34,869 nt of DNA from assembly GCA_036271915.1 (NCBI GenBank), contig DATAZS010000008.1:1-34869 (forward strand). Reading direction: 5' to 3'. Positions 1 through 9,247 of the stretch are shown piece after piece; within the stretch, counting starts at the first letter, position 1; each line of letters starts with the position of its first letter. This DNA comes from Polyangia bacterium. GTDB taxonomy: Bacteria > Myxococcota_A > Polyangia > Fen-1088. Position numbers and translations under genes: made by a program. The notes under the pieces were generated by a model. The model was not told the origin of the DNA, made no database searches, and saw only the letters and a program-made list of their open reading frames with translations.

Positions 1-1
1 T

Positions 2-1627
2 GCCCTGATCGGGGCGGTGCTCGGGCAACCTCGGCCGGTCATCGTTGCTGTCGACACTGCCACTGAGCTCGAGTCGGCGTTTCTCCGTCTGTGGGACGAG
101 CTGTGGCCGGGCGCGAAGGCTCGCTTCTCGCTGTGCACCGGCGCTCTCATGCCGCGTACTGTTACAGGCGTATTGATGGACATCCAAGCGGTTCCGCGAG
201 CAGTGCCGTCATCGCAGTTCCGCAAGATCGCGGGCACGGCGCTCGTCGTCGACCTTCGACGGCCCACGGCACCCGATGCTTGGGTAGATGTGCTGCTGGA
301 GGGCGCCTCTCGCGGCGATAGCGCCTTCCGATCGTGGATGGAGGCCGCGGTTGGTGCAGAGGCGTCGCGCGGGGCTGTTCCCAGCCTCATGCCGATTTTC
401 GCCGAGATGCACGGGGGTAGCTGGTCCGCGCCCGATGTTCTGGCAAGTGTCCTTGGCATGCCTCAACTGGAACTCGCGACGCGCACGCGCCTTGTGCGAA
501 TGCTGTTCGATCGCGCTGGGACCGACGAGGGACCAGCGGCAAGGCGCGAGCTTCTTCAGACGCTCTGCGGTCACCGCGACGCGGACCTGTCCTTCTTGAG
601 CGTGATGCTTGAGGAGCAAACGCACCAACTCTTTGAGGAGTCGCGACCCGAGGGATGCGCGCTCACGATGTCGTTGCTCGGCGCTGAGCTCACTTCGGTC
701 GGCGAGCAGGTGCTTCGGGCCGCCGTGCTGTCCTTGACGTCAAGCGACGTCGGGACGTTCGCGGATTCGCAGGTCCCGTTTTTGCCCACCATTGTGAGCG
801 CGAACCCCAGGCTCGCGACGGCTCCTGAAGTGTGGAGGCGCGCCGGTCACCGCAGCCGAGAGATCATTGGCCAGCTCGACGCGTTCAAGCTCGCCGACGA
901 AGAGCGGAGCGCCGTGGTGGATGCAGTCATCGCGTCCGGTGCCGACGCCCCGGTCGAAGCGCTCGTTCGCTTCGCAGGTGATGCTGCTGTGTCGCCTGTT
1001 CTCTCCGCGATCACGAAAGGGGAGTTGTCCTTTTCAGCACAGTGGCGCTCGAGCCTCGCCGGTCGACCGGATGCGGTGCTCGCCTGGCTTGAAGGACACG
1101 CCGCACTCAGGTCGAAGGAACTCGAAGTCGCCAGTCGCTTTGTCAGCCCGACGACGCATCGGGAACGCCTCTCGAAGGTATGGCAGACCGGGATCTCCGG
1201 CCAGTCAGACTCGTTCTCCCCCCGCGTCGCAGCCTTCGGTCTCGCATTGGCTCTCGGGACCAGCGGCCTTTCGCCGCTGTTCACGACCTGCTTTCAACCA
1301 ACGTTCGACGCGCTCGCGAGTTCGCGCCTCGAGTACGAGGAGTGGGATTGGCTTCGCCAGCAGGCGCCGCCTTTGTCCTGGTGGCGTGACTGGGACAAGT
1401 GCGAGCGCATCGCGGCAGGACTCGCTCGGCGCCTTAAGGGGCAGAACGCATCGCTCGAGACCGTGTTCAACATCTTGCGCGGCCGAGGAGCCATCCGGAA
1501 GGTCGTCGCGGTGCTCGACGATGACAGGGATACTCGGACGTACCTGAAGTCATTACGCAAGTCGTTGGCGGTGGGTTCGAGCGTCGGTACTCGCGAGCAG
1601 CGCGATGCACTCATGGACAAATTGTGA
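2..1627 (+). CDS. Hypothetical protein, largely alpha-helical, function unknown; the 5' end may lie outside the window
   Basis: The frame is open from nt 2 with no in-frame stop before the first in-window start (GTG 17). The ORF is 536 aa with G/C-dominated third codon positions and stops at TGA 1625-1627. I recognise no signal peptide, TM segment or catalytic motif. The C-terminus is Trp-rich (EEWDWLRQQAPPLSWWRDWDKCE). Confidence 0.6.
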   Translation, partial: ALIGAVLGQPRPVIVAVDTATELESAFLRLWDELWPGAKARFSLCTGALMPRTVTGVLMDIQAVPRAVPSSQFRKIAGTALVVDLRRPTAPDAWVDVLLEGASRGDSAFRSWMEAAVGAEASRGAVPSLMPIFAEMHGGSWSAPDVLASVLGMPQLELATRTRLVRMLFDRAGTDEGPAARRELLQTLCGHRDADLSFLSVMLEEQTHQLFEESRPEGCALTMSLLGAELTSVGEQVLRAAVLSLTSSDVGTFADSQVPFLPTIVSANPRLATAPEVWRRAGHRSREIIGQLDAFKLADEERSAVVDAVIASGADAPVEALVRFAGDAAVSPVLSAITKGELSFSAQWRSSLAGRPDAVLAWLEGHAALRSKELEVASRFVSPTTHRERLSKVWQTGISGQSDSFSPRVAAFGLALALGTSGLSPLFTTCFQPTFDALASSRLEYEEWDWLRQQAPPLSWWRDWDKCERIAAGLARRLKGQNASLETVFNILRGRGAIRKVVAVLDDDRDTRTYLKSLRKSLAVGSSVGTREQRDALMDKL

Positions 1628-2615
1628 GCTGCGCGTCTGCCACGTGCTCGTTCGCGCGCAGTCGGCACGGACGTCATCTGCGCGTGCGCGAGGCCGCGCT
1701 TGGTGACGCAGTTCGTCGGTCGTGGCGCGTCTACGTGTTGAAGGAGGCGGGCGGCGCCTGAGCCTGGGACTTTCAGTGTCCCGCAGGGCGCGGTTCTCCG
1801 GACCCGACGCGGTCATCGCTTTGGGGATGGCTCGAGGCCATCGCCGGCGGATCCTCCGCCAACTACCTCTGGGTCGTACAGTAGGGGGAGCCCGTGCTGG
1901 TGACGCCGGAGTCGCTGGCCGCGTCCGTGGCGCGGAAGCTATGTGGACGCCGCCGCACCTGGCGCGCCCAGTCACGTCGTCGAGCTCCATGCGCTGCGTA
2001 CAGAAAACGGGACGCGCCGGACTCTTACGCCTCGATATCGCCAGCGATCCGCGGGCGTCGTCACGTCGTCACGCACCCCGGCCTCACCTTGAAGCTCGAG
2101 CTTCCGTCGACTCCGTTCGCGGACGACGCAGATCGGCTCCCGACGCTCCTCGAGCGGCTGGTGTTTGCCTCTCCGCCGCCGCCGCGTCGATCGGGCCGCG
2201 GTGCGCGAGGGCGCGACCTCGCGCTCGCGTGGGCGCGGATGGCAACGCGCGTCGCGCACGACGAGCTGCCGGCGGCGCACGCGTCATCCCCGTCGGCTCG
2301 GTCGTGACGCGCACGAGCGCGGCTGCGTCGTCGGCGGGGAGCACCTCGGGTGCAGGTTCGTCCGCGCCGGCCGGTACGGGTCGTGCTCGAGGTCGAAGAT
2401 CCCCGGAGCGCGGACCGACACGTGCGGCGACGGCCGCGCGCAGCGGCCCCGTCGCGCATGAACCGGGTCGCGAGCGCGACACGTGCGACCTCTTCTTGGA
2501 CGGAATGCGGTACGATGGCCTACCGCAACACGCTCGAACTGACGTCGAGCACATGCCCGTCAGCGACACGCCGTACGCGTGCAAGATCGACCTCGTCCCA
2601 CAAACCAACGGACTG

Positions 2616-2622
2616 AAGGAGG
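2616..2622 (+). promoter_or_regulatory. Shine-Dalgarno site AAGGAGG for the lipoprotein gene starting at 2629
   Basis: AAGGAGG is followed by a 6-nt spacer (ctcgag) and then ATG 2629. Confidence 0.6.
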
Positions 2623-2628
2623 CTCGAG

Positions 2629-4296
2629 ATGGTGAATCGCGCCGTGCCCCTCGCGTTCATCGCGCTCTTCGGCTGCTCGAGCTCCGCGGACGTCGCCTCC
2701 ACGGGCGGCGCTGGCGGGAGCGCCGACTCGACGTCGGTGGGAGCGGGCGGTAGCTCCTCCACCGGCCCGTGCACGCCGATGTGCGACGGCGTGCAGTGCG
2801 GCGACGATCACTGCGGCGGCACGTGCGGGACCTGCAGCGCGCCCCAGACCTGCGGCGGCACGGGAACGCCGGGCATGTGTGGAACGCCGACGCACAGCTG
2901 CGGCATGCAGCTCAACGAGAGTCCGCTCGCCTTCTGCGAGACCTTCGACATGCCTTTCCCGGTCACCAATCGCTCGGGAGAGATGAACGGAGACCTGTGG
3001 GGTGTGCAGCGCACCGGAGGCGTCGAGAACGTCGGCCAGCCGTACGCTTGGGCGAACGCGCAGCTCGACCTCTGCGGTTCGGAGATCGACGTCCAGGCGG
3101 AGAGCGACCTGCGCGTCTGCAGCGGGCAGCTGCGCGACGCGACCAACGACAACCTCTCCGGCAACTTCGAGGCGGGAACGGTCATCGCGCTGACGATGTA
3201 CTCCAAACAGCCGTTCGACTTCGCCGGCCGCACCGGCACCGTGTCGTTCGACGTGACCAACGACGGGCATGGAACGCACTCCGTGTGGCCCGAGTTCTGG
3301 GTGACGGATCAGCCGGTGCCCGCGCCTTTCATTCACTTCGGCTCGTTCATCTCGCTCCCTCGCCACGGCCTGGCGGTGCGCCTGGGCAACGCGGCCAGCG
3401 ACGCCGGCAACAACCAGGGGGAGTGCCCCAACGGCGACAACCTCGACAAGTGGCGGTGGACGGTCGACTCGGCCGCCATGATTCGCGACTTCGTCATGGA
3501 GGACACGGTCAGCGAGAGCGACCCAGACTGCCTCGGCGCGCAGACCTGTCACCACGGTGAACTGAAGGTGAACATCCTCGACTGCGTCGTGGCACCGGAC
3601 GGCCCGGACGGCGGCTTCAACCACGTCGAGATGAAGATCAACCAGAGTCAGATCGACGTGTACGCGACCGACGCGGGCACGACGGCGCCGCTCAAGCACA
3701 TCGCGTCGATCACCGGCGTCGCCCTGACGTTCTCCAGGGGCGTCATCTGGATCGACGACGCGCACTACAACGCCGACAAGGGCCCCGAAGGTTACCCGTC
3801 GCAACGCGTGCACACGTTCGCGTGGGACAACGTCGCGTTCGACGGTCCGCTGCTCAAGCGGGACCTCTCGTTCGACGTGCTCGATTCGATGGCGCCCATC
3901 CCCGCGATCGACGGCATCGGCACCAACGGAGTCTTCTTGGGGTGGGATTCGACGCCGACGCAGCCGGCCACCGTCACGACGCTGCCGATGAAGTCGAGCG
4001 ACATCGCCGCGGCTTCCGGAGCCCTGCTGCTGTTCAACTTCTGGGTCCGTGACGCCGACAGCTACACGTTCGATTATTCCATCAACGGGCACGCGCACAC
4101 CTACGACTGGCCGTATCCCGACACGCAATCCAATACGATCCGCACGCTCGCGATCCCGATCTCGCTCGATGAGCTCGTCGACGGCCCCAACGCCGTCACG
4201 CTCGGTCTGGCGAACGGCTACGGCGAATGGGCGCACGTCAACCTCGCGCTCCTCGACGCCGGCGGCATCGTGCCGCCGCCGACGGAGGCTCCGTGA
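2629..4296 (+). CDS. Secreted lipoprotein, paralog A (555 aa): Gly/Ser linker, Cys-rich module, then a large beta-rich domain of unknown function
   Basis: There is a strong SD upstream. The N-terminus MVNRAVPLAFIALFGCSSS carries a lipobox Cys, followed by a GGAGGSADSTSVGAGGSSS linker. The Cys-rich block is CTPMCDGVQCGDDHCGGTCGTCSAPQTCGGTGTPGMCG. It shares blocks with the 5639-7270 product: QPFDFAGRTGTVSFDV vs QPFDFTGRTGEIVFDA, and WDNVAFDGPLL vs FDNVGFDGPVL. Confidence 0.8.
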   Translation: MVNRAVPLAFIALFGCSSSADVASTGGAGGSADSTSVGAGGSSSTGPCTPMCDGVQCGDDHCGGTCGTCSAPQTCGGTGTPGMCGTPTHSCGMQLNESPLAFCETFDMPFPVTNRSGEMNGDLWGVQRTGGVENVGQPYAWANAQLDLCGSEIDVQAESDLRVCSGQLRDATNDNLSGNFEAGTVIALTMYSKQPFDFAGRTGTVSFDVTNDGHGTHSVWPEFWVTDQPVPAPFIHFGSFISLPRHGLAVRLGNAASDAGNNQGECPNGDNLDKWRWTVDSAAMIRDFVMEDTVSESDPDCLGAQTCHHGELKVNILDCVVAPDGPDGGFNHVEMKINQSQIDVYATDAGTTAPLKHIASITGVALTFSRGVIWIDDAHYNADKGPEGYPSQRVHTFAWDNVAFDGPLLKRDLSFDVLDSMAPIPAIDGIGTNGVFLGWDSTPTQPATVTTLPMKSSDIAAASGALLLFNFWVRDADSYTFDYSINGHAHTYDWPYPDTQSNTIRTLAIPISLDELVDGPNAVTLGLANGYGEWAHVNLALLDAGGIVPPPTEAP

Positions 4297-5642
4297 GCTC
4301 GCGGCACGCGTGGCTGCTCGCGGTGCTTTCGACCGGGTGCGGAGCGAACGCCGACTCGGGGGCGCCGCCACCGTCCGTGCGCTCCGGCTTCGAATCGCTG
4401 CGCTACGACGCTGGACCTCCGTCGGCCGACATCAGCAACCGTTACGCCGACGCCCCCGCCGCCGCGAAGCTCGGCCAGAGGCTGTACTTCGACGTGCGGC
4501 TGTCGGGCCGATTGCTGGATCCTGACAACGGCACCCTCTCCGGATCGCTCGGCCCGAACGGGACTCCCCAGCTCGTCGCTTGCGCGAGCTGCCACGTGCC
4601 GAAGAGCGGGTTCGTCGACACGCGCAGCCCGGGAGAGCAGATCTCGCTCGGCGCGCAGTGGACGGCCCGCAAAGCCCCGATGCTGCTCGAGAACGGCTTC
4701 GTCAAGCTGTTCAACTGGGATGGTGCGCGCGACTCGACGTGGCGGCAGTCGATCGGCGTGATGGAGGGCAATCGCGAGTTCAACTCGAGTCGTTTGTTCG
4801 TCGCGGAGCAGATGTTCAAGCTCTACCGCGGCGACTACGAGGCGATCTTCGGGGCGATGCCGCCGCTCGACGACGCGACGCGATTTCCCGCCATCACGGC
4901 GCAGAGCACGGGCTGCGTCATCGCGCCGAACGCGACCACGGAACAGTACATCTGCCACGGCGTCCCCGGTGACGACGCGGAGTACGACGGCATGACGCCT
5001 GACGACCAGACGGCGGTGACGCGCGTGATGGTGAACGCCGCCAAGGCGATCGAGGCCTACCAGCGGCAGCTGCGGTGCGGAGCGAGCCGGTTCGACGCAT
5101 GGATCGATGGCGACGACGCGGCGCTCAGCGACTCGGAGCAGCGCGGCGCGGCGCTGTTCGTCGGGAAGGCACGCTGTGCGACCTGCCACTCGGGCGCGAA
5201 CCTGACGGACGACGAGTTTCACAACGTCGGGCTCGCGCCGACGCACGTCGCCCAGGCGTTCGTCGATGATGGCGACGAAGGAGCCCTGATTGGCCTCGCC
5301 GGATTGGCAGCCGACCCGCTCAACGTCAAGAGTAACTTCAGCGACGGCGACGACGGGCGTTTGCCTTCGTCCGTGCCCGCGAGCATGGCGGGAGCGTTTC
5401 GCACGCCGTCCTTGCGCTGCGACGCGGAGCACCCGAGCTTCATGCACACCGCGCAGCTCCGCACGGTGGCGGACGTCGTCGCGTTCTTCAGCGCCGGCGG
5501 AGATCCACCGGGCCCGTATCCTGGGAAGAGCGAGCTCTCGCCCCTCGGGCTCAGCGACCATGAGCAGGCCGACCTGACCGCGTTTCTGACCGCGCTCGAC
5601 GGGCCCGGCCCCGACGCGACGCTGCTCTCGGCTCCGAAGTGA
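4293..5642 (+). CDS. Di-haem cytochrome c peroxidase / MauG family protein, lipoprotein-type signal (449 aa)
   Basis: Two CxxCH haem motifs are present (CASCH and CATCH), plus the family blocks FRTPSLR and PSFMHTAQ. I chose GTG 4293 as the start. It overlaps the upstream stop as GTGA, has GGAGG 4 nt upstream, and gives the signal VSSRHAWLLAVLSTGCG. The track ORF begins earlier, at 4227, inside the upstream gene. Confidence 0.85.
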   Translation: MSSRHAWLLAVLSTGCGANADSGAPPPSVRSGFESLRYDAGPPSADISNRYADAPAAAKLGQRLYFDVRLSGRLLDPDNGTLSGSLGPNGTPQLVACASCHVPKSGFVDTRSPGEQISLGAQWTARKAPMLLENGFVKLFNWDGARDSTWRQSIGVMEGNREFNSSRLFVAEQMFKLYRGDYEAIFGAMPPLDDATRFPAITAQSTGCVIAPNATTEQYICHGVPGDDAEYDGMTPDDQTAVTRVMVNAAKAIEAYQRQLRCGASRFDAWIDGDDAALSDSEQRGAALFVGKARCATCHSGANLTDDEFHNVGLAPTHVAQAFVDDGDEGALIGLAGLAADPLNVKSNFSDGDDGRLPSSVPASMAGAFRTPSLRCDAEHPSFMHTAQLRTVADVVAFFSAGGDPPGPYPGKSELSPLGLSDHEQADLTAFLTALDGPGPDATLLSAPK

Positions 5643-7270
5643 ACGGGGGACCCATGCAGAGCTACACCTCGTCTCCGCTGCTCGCCGCCGCGGCCACCGT
5701 GGGTCTTCTGCTGGCCGTTCCGGTCTCCGTAGGGCTCGCCGGATGCTCCTCGCAAGGAGACGGCGCGACCGTGAATGGCGGCACCGGCGGCGCAGGCGCT
5801 ACCGGCAGCCATGGCAGCACCGTCGCGACTGGCAGCACCGGCGGCACCGGCGCGACGGGCACCGGCAGCGCCGGCGGCAGCGGCCCGCCCGGCCCGCCCG
5901 GCTGCGGGCTCGCCGCTGCGGCGTTCTGCGATCCGTTCGACGCGCCAGCGACGCCCGCCGGCGGACGCGAGGGCGAGCTCGATCCCAAGAAGTGGTCCGT
6001 CGTTCGCACGGAGCAAGCAGGGCTCGGGGGCGAGTGCGTCGACTGCCAGGGCTGGGTGATCCCGGTCGGCACCGCCACGCTGCCGCCTTGCCGCGCCGGC
6101 CTGCCGGCGCAGGTGCTGCCCGATCAAGACATCCTGATCTGCGACACGACCAGCGCGTTTCAGTCGAACACCCTCCTGATCGCCGTCGCCGAGCAGAACT
6201 ACGGCCAGATCGCGGCGCGCGTCCGCCAGCCCTTCGACTTCACGGGTCGCACCGGCGAGATCGTGTTCGACGCGACGCTGTGGCCCGGAGGGCTGCTCGG
6301 CTGGATCGCGCTCGACATCACCGAAGACCCGATCGGTGCGCCGAGCTTCCTCCAGCTTCAGAACGAGGAGAACGGCGCGGTGCCGAGGAACGGTCTCGAG
6401 GTCCATTTCAACCAGAACTGCCAGGTCGAGGATCAGGTGTCGGTCGACAAGATCATCGTCATCGACGACTACACCCAGAACATCATCGACGTGTCCGACG
6501 CCGATCGCCACTGCGTCTCCATGACGCCAGGACAGCTCAACCACGTCGAGGTCGACGTCTCGGCAGGTCACGTCGCCATTTCCGCCTCGCCGACGTCGGC
6601 CGACGGCGTCACGTTCGCGCCCGTCGAGTTGCTCACGGAGCAAGACATCTCCCTGCCGTTCACCACCGGCTACGTTCAGCTCAGCGTGTACAACCACGCG
6701 TCGGTCAAATACAGCGTCGGCAACTCGGTCGACTCGGTCATCGCCCAGTTCGACAACGTGGGCTTCGATGGGCCGGTGCTCCCCGTCGAGGTCGGTGCTT
6801 CGGTGCCGGACTTGCTCGCCGACGCCCCCGTCCCAACCGGGAGCATCTTCACCAAGGCCGTCAATATCGGCTATCAGCTCGGCGACCTCCCGGCCGGCGG
6901 GTTCGCAGCGCCGCTTTCGTTCACGCCGATCGACCTCGCCGGCGCCGTGAGCGCAAAGGTGACGCTGATCTGGTACTCGCTGCTGCCTTCCTCCAACGGC
7001 GGCCAGGGCAACGTGTCGGACTACGAGCTCGACTACCGGCTCAACGGCGGAGCGACTCACGCCTACCACTTCTCGGCGGATCAGCTCGCGTTCATCGCCG
7101 CGCAGCTCGCGCTCCAGCAGCCGGTGTCCGGTACGCTCGGCGTCAGCCTCGACGTCGATCTCACCGAGCTCGTCTCCGGCACCAACACGATCGAATTCGC
7201 GACGACCAACGTGCCTATGAATTACCCGCCCATCGCCTACGACATCGACCTCATCGTTTCGAAGGAGTGA
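5639..7270 (+). CDS. Secreted lipoprotein, paralog B (543 aa) of the 2629-4296 product
   Basis: GTG 5639 overlaps the peroxidase stop as GTGA. An alternative in-frame ATG lies at 5654, after a GGGGGA run. The signal ends in the lipobox LAGCSS, followed by a Gly/Thr/Ser linker (GGTGGAGATGSHGSTVATGSTGGTGATGTGSAGGSGPPGPPGCG). Paralogy blocks are as listed for 2629-4296. Confidence 0.8.
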   Translation: MNGGPMQSYTSSPLLAAAATVGLLLAVPVSVGLAGCSSQGDGATVNGGTGGAGATGSHGSTVATGSTGGTGATGTGSAGGSGPPGPPGCGLAAAAFCDPFDAPATPAGGREGELDPKKWSVVRTEQAGLGGECVDCQGWVIPVGTATLPPCRAGLPAQVLPDQDILICDTTSAFQSNTLLIAVAEQNYGQIAARVRQPFDFTGRTGEIVFDATLWPGGLLGWIALDITEDPIGAPSFLQLQNEENGAVPRNGLEVHFNQNCQVEDQVSVDKIIVIDDYTQNIIDVSDADRHCVSMTPGQLNHVEVDVSAGHVAISASPTSADGVTFAPVELLTEQDISLPFTTGYVQLSVYNHASVKYSVGNSVDSVIAQFDNVGFDGPVLPVEVGASVPDLLADAPVPTGSIFTKAVNIGYQLGDLPAGGFAAPLSFTPIDLAGAVSAKVTLIWYSLLPSSNGGQGNVSDYELDYRLNGGATHAYHFSADQLAFIAAQLALQQPVSGTLGVSLDVDLTELVSGTNTIEFATTNVPMNYPPIAYDIDLIVSKE

Positions 7271-7324
7271 CGCCTACACCGCTCGTCGGCGTTCGCAGGC
7301 TCTCGGGCCTTCGGTGCGCGTCAA

Positions 7325-7618
7325 TCAGAAAGAGGCCGAGTCGTCGAACGCATTGCGCTGCCCGAGGCCGATGGCGCCGACGACTACGCCCGTGATGACA
7401 ACGGCGGTCGCGCCACCGAGGACGACGAAGCCGATCGTACGGCGGCTCGGCCCGTCGTTCTGCGACGCCACGACGACCGGCGCAGCGGCACCCACGGGCG
7501 CGTCGGCGGGTGCTTGCGTCGCGACGTCGACTTGAGCGCCCGTGCGGAGCTCGACGTCGTACGTCGCGGTGCGGCCGTCGGCGAAGACGACGTGCACGGT
7601 GTACCCATGCAGCGCCAT
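7325..7618 (-). CDS. Small tail-anchored membrane protein (97 aa), function unknown
   Basis: ATG start and G/C-rich third positions throughout. The C-terminal hydrophobic segment is IGFVVLGGATAVVITGVVVGAIGL. It lies 117 nt downstream of the P450 gene on the same strand. Confidence 0.55.
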   Translation of the reverse strand: MALHGYTVHVVFADGRTATYDVELRTGAQVDVATQAPADAPVGAAAPVVVASQNDGPSRRTIGFVVLGGATAVVITGVVVGAIGLGQRNAFDDSASF

Positions 7619-7735
7619 GCGGCAGCTCCACCGACGCCGGCGGTGCTGGTGACGCGGACGCGTCGCGCACGACGACCAGCGGCTCGCGCGCCTCCGGACC
7701 GAACCACCAACGCCGCCACGAACGACCGTTTGCCG

Positions 7736-9154
7736 TCAGGCCGACGAGCGGGCGCGGTCGACCGCGGGACGGCGCGCCTCGATGCGTGCAGAGACGGCCC
7801 CGGCTGGCCGCGCGAGCACGAGGTACTCGGTCGCGGGCAAGTGGCCAGCCACCAAGCGAGGCGCGAAGCGCTGCGCGAGCGTCGCGAGCACGAGCATGGA
7901 TTCCATCATCGAGAAGTGGTTCCCGATGCATTGCCGCGGACCGGCGCTGAAGGGGATGAAGGCGAACTTCGGGCGCCGGCGCTCGTCGTCGCGGTCGAGC
8001 CAGCGCGCAGGGTCGAAGGTGTCGGGTCGGTCCCAATAGGCCGGGTGCCGGTGGAGAACGAGCGGCGAGAGCACGATCGAGCCTCCTCGGTAGATGCGGT
8101 GCCCCGCGACCACGTCGTCTGCGCGCACACGGCGATTGATGATGTACGCGGGGGAGTGGAGGCGGAGCGTCTCGTTCACGAGGCCGCGCGTGTACGGGAG
8201 ACGCGCGATGTCTTCGGCGGTCGGCGCGCGGCCTTCGAGGACACGGTCGAGCTCGGCGTGGAGCGCCTCTGCGACGGGCGGGTGCAGCGCGAGGCGCGCC
8301 CACGCCCACGTGAGCGTGATCGCGGTCGTCTCGTGGCCGGCGAGCAGCATCGTCACCACCTCGTCGCGAAGCTGCGCATCGGTCATGCGCTCGCCGGTGT
8401 CTGCGTCTACCGCCTGCATCAGCGCCGTGAGGAGATCGGGGGCGCCGGCGCTCGATGCCCGCTTCGCTCGGACGATCTCGTCCACGACCTCGAACAGCAC
8501 CCTCCGCGCGCGCCGAAACTCGCCGTCGTACTTCGTCGGCAAGATCGGCGGGAGCAGGCGCAGCTTCGCCGCTCGCTCGGACAGCTGGGCGTTCAGCACT
8601 TCCCACGACGCGCTCACAGCCGCCCCCTCCTCGGCGAGCGCCGAGCCGAACAGCGCGTCGCCCACGATGCGCAGCGTGAGCCGAGACATCTCGCGGGCGA
8701 TGGAGAGCGGCGCGCCCGACGCAGCCGAACGATCCCACCGGTCCGCCGCCTCGAGCGCCGCGGCGGTCATGCTCGCGGACATCGAGGCGATGCGCTCGCG
8801 CTGGAACGACGGCTGCGCGAGCCGTCGTTGCCGGAGCCAGAAATCGCCCTCGCTCGTCAGGAGCCCGTTCCCGAGGAGGCGCCTCAGCATGCGATACGAC
8901 GGATGCTCCTTGTCGTAGTTCTGCGCATTGTCCTGAAGGATGCGCTTCGCACCCTCGGCGCTGGAGACGAAGAACCCGTCGCGGAGCGCGAATCGATAGC
9001 GTGCGACGTCGCCGTGGCGCTCGCGGAGCGCCGAAAAGCGCGCGTAGGGGTCGACCTTGCGTCCTCGCAGGACGCTCCAGAGCGAGACGGGCGGAGCCAC
9101 GGAAGGCTCGCGGGCTGCGCGAAACTCCGCGAGGCTGGCGTTGCGATTGTCCAA
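7736..9154 (-). CDS. Cytochrome P450 monooxygenase (472 aa)
   Basis: The haem-thiolate loop is FSAGPRQCIGNHF (FxxGxRxCxG). The I-helix is LLAGHETT and the K-helix ExxR is ETLRL. The start is TTG 9154, with AAGGGG about 8 nt upstream; the start choice is uncertain. Confidence 0.9.
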   Translation of the reverse strand: MDNRNASLAEFRAAREPSVAPPVSLWSVLRGRKVDPYARFSALRERHGDVARYRFALRDGFFVSSAEGAKRILQDNAQNYDKEHPSYRMLRRLLGNGLLTSEGDFWLRQRRLAQPSFQRERIASMSASMTAAALEAADRWDRSAASGAPLSIAREMSRLTLRIVGDALFGSALAEEGAAVSASWEVLNAQLSERAAKLRLLPPILPTKYDGEFRRARRVLFEVVDEIVRAKRASSAGAPDLLTALMQAVDADTGERMTDAQLRDEVVTMLLAGHETTAITLTWAWARLALHPPVAEALHAELDRVLEGRAPTAEDIARLPYTRGLVNETLRLHSPAYIINRRVRADDVVAGHRIYRGGSIVLSPLVLHRHPAYWDRPDTFDPARWLDRDDERRRPKFAFIPFSAGPRQCIGNHFSMMESMLVLATLAQRFAPRLVAGHLPATEYLVLARPAGAVSARIEARRPAVDRARSSA

Positions 9155-9247
9155 GTCGTCACCCCTTGCCCTTCTTCGAAGACGAGGCTGCGGTATCGAT
9201 CTCGCCGCCGAGGATGGGCTTCATCTGCCGAGCGCCCTTCGCGGTGG

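Noticed and set aside
2560-4371. 603-aa minus-strand ORF across the paralog A lipoprotein gene; likewise 5219-7069 (minus) and 5743-7395 (plus) across paralog B
   Set aside because: These are extremely Arg/Ala/Gly-rich with no motifs. They lie antisense or off-frame to genes that have signal peptides, SD sites and paralog conservation. They are typical shadow ORFs of high-GC DNA.
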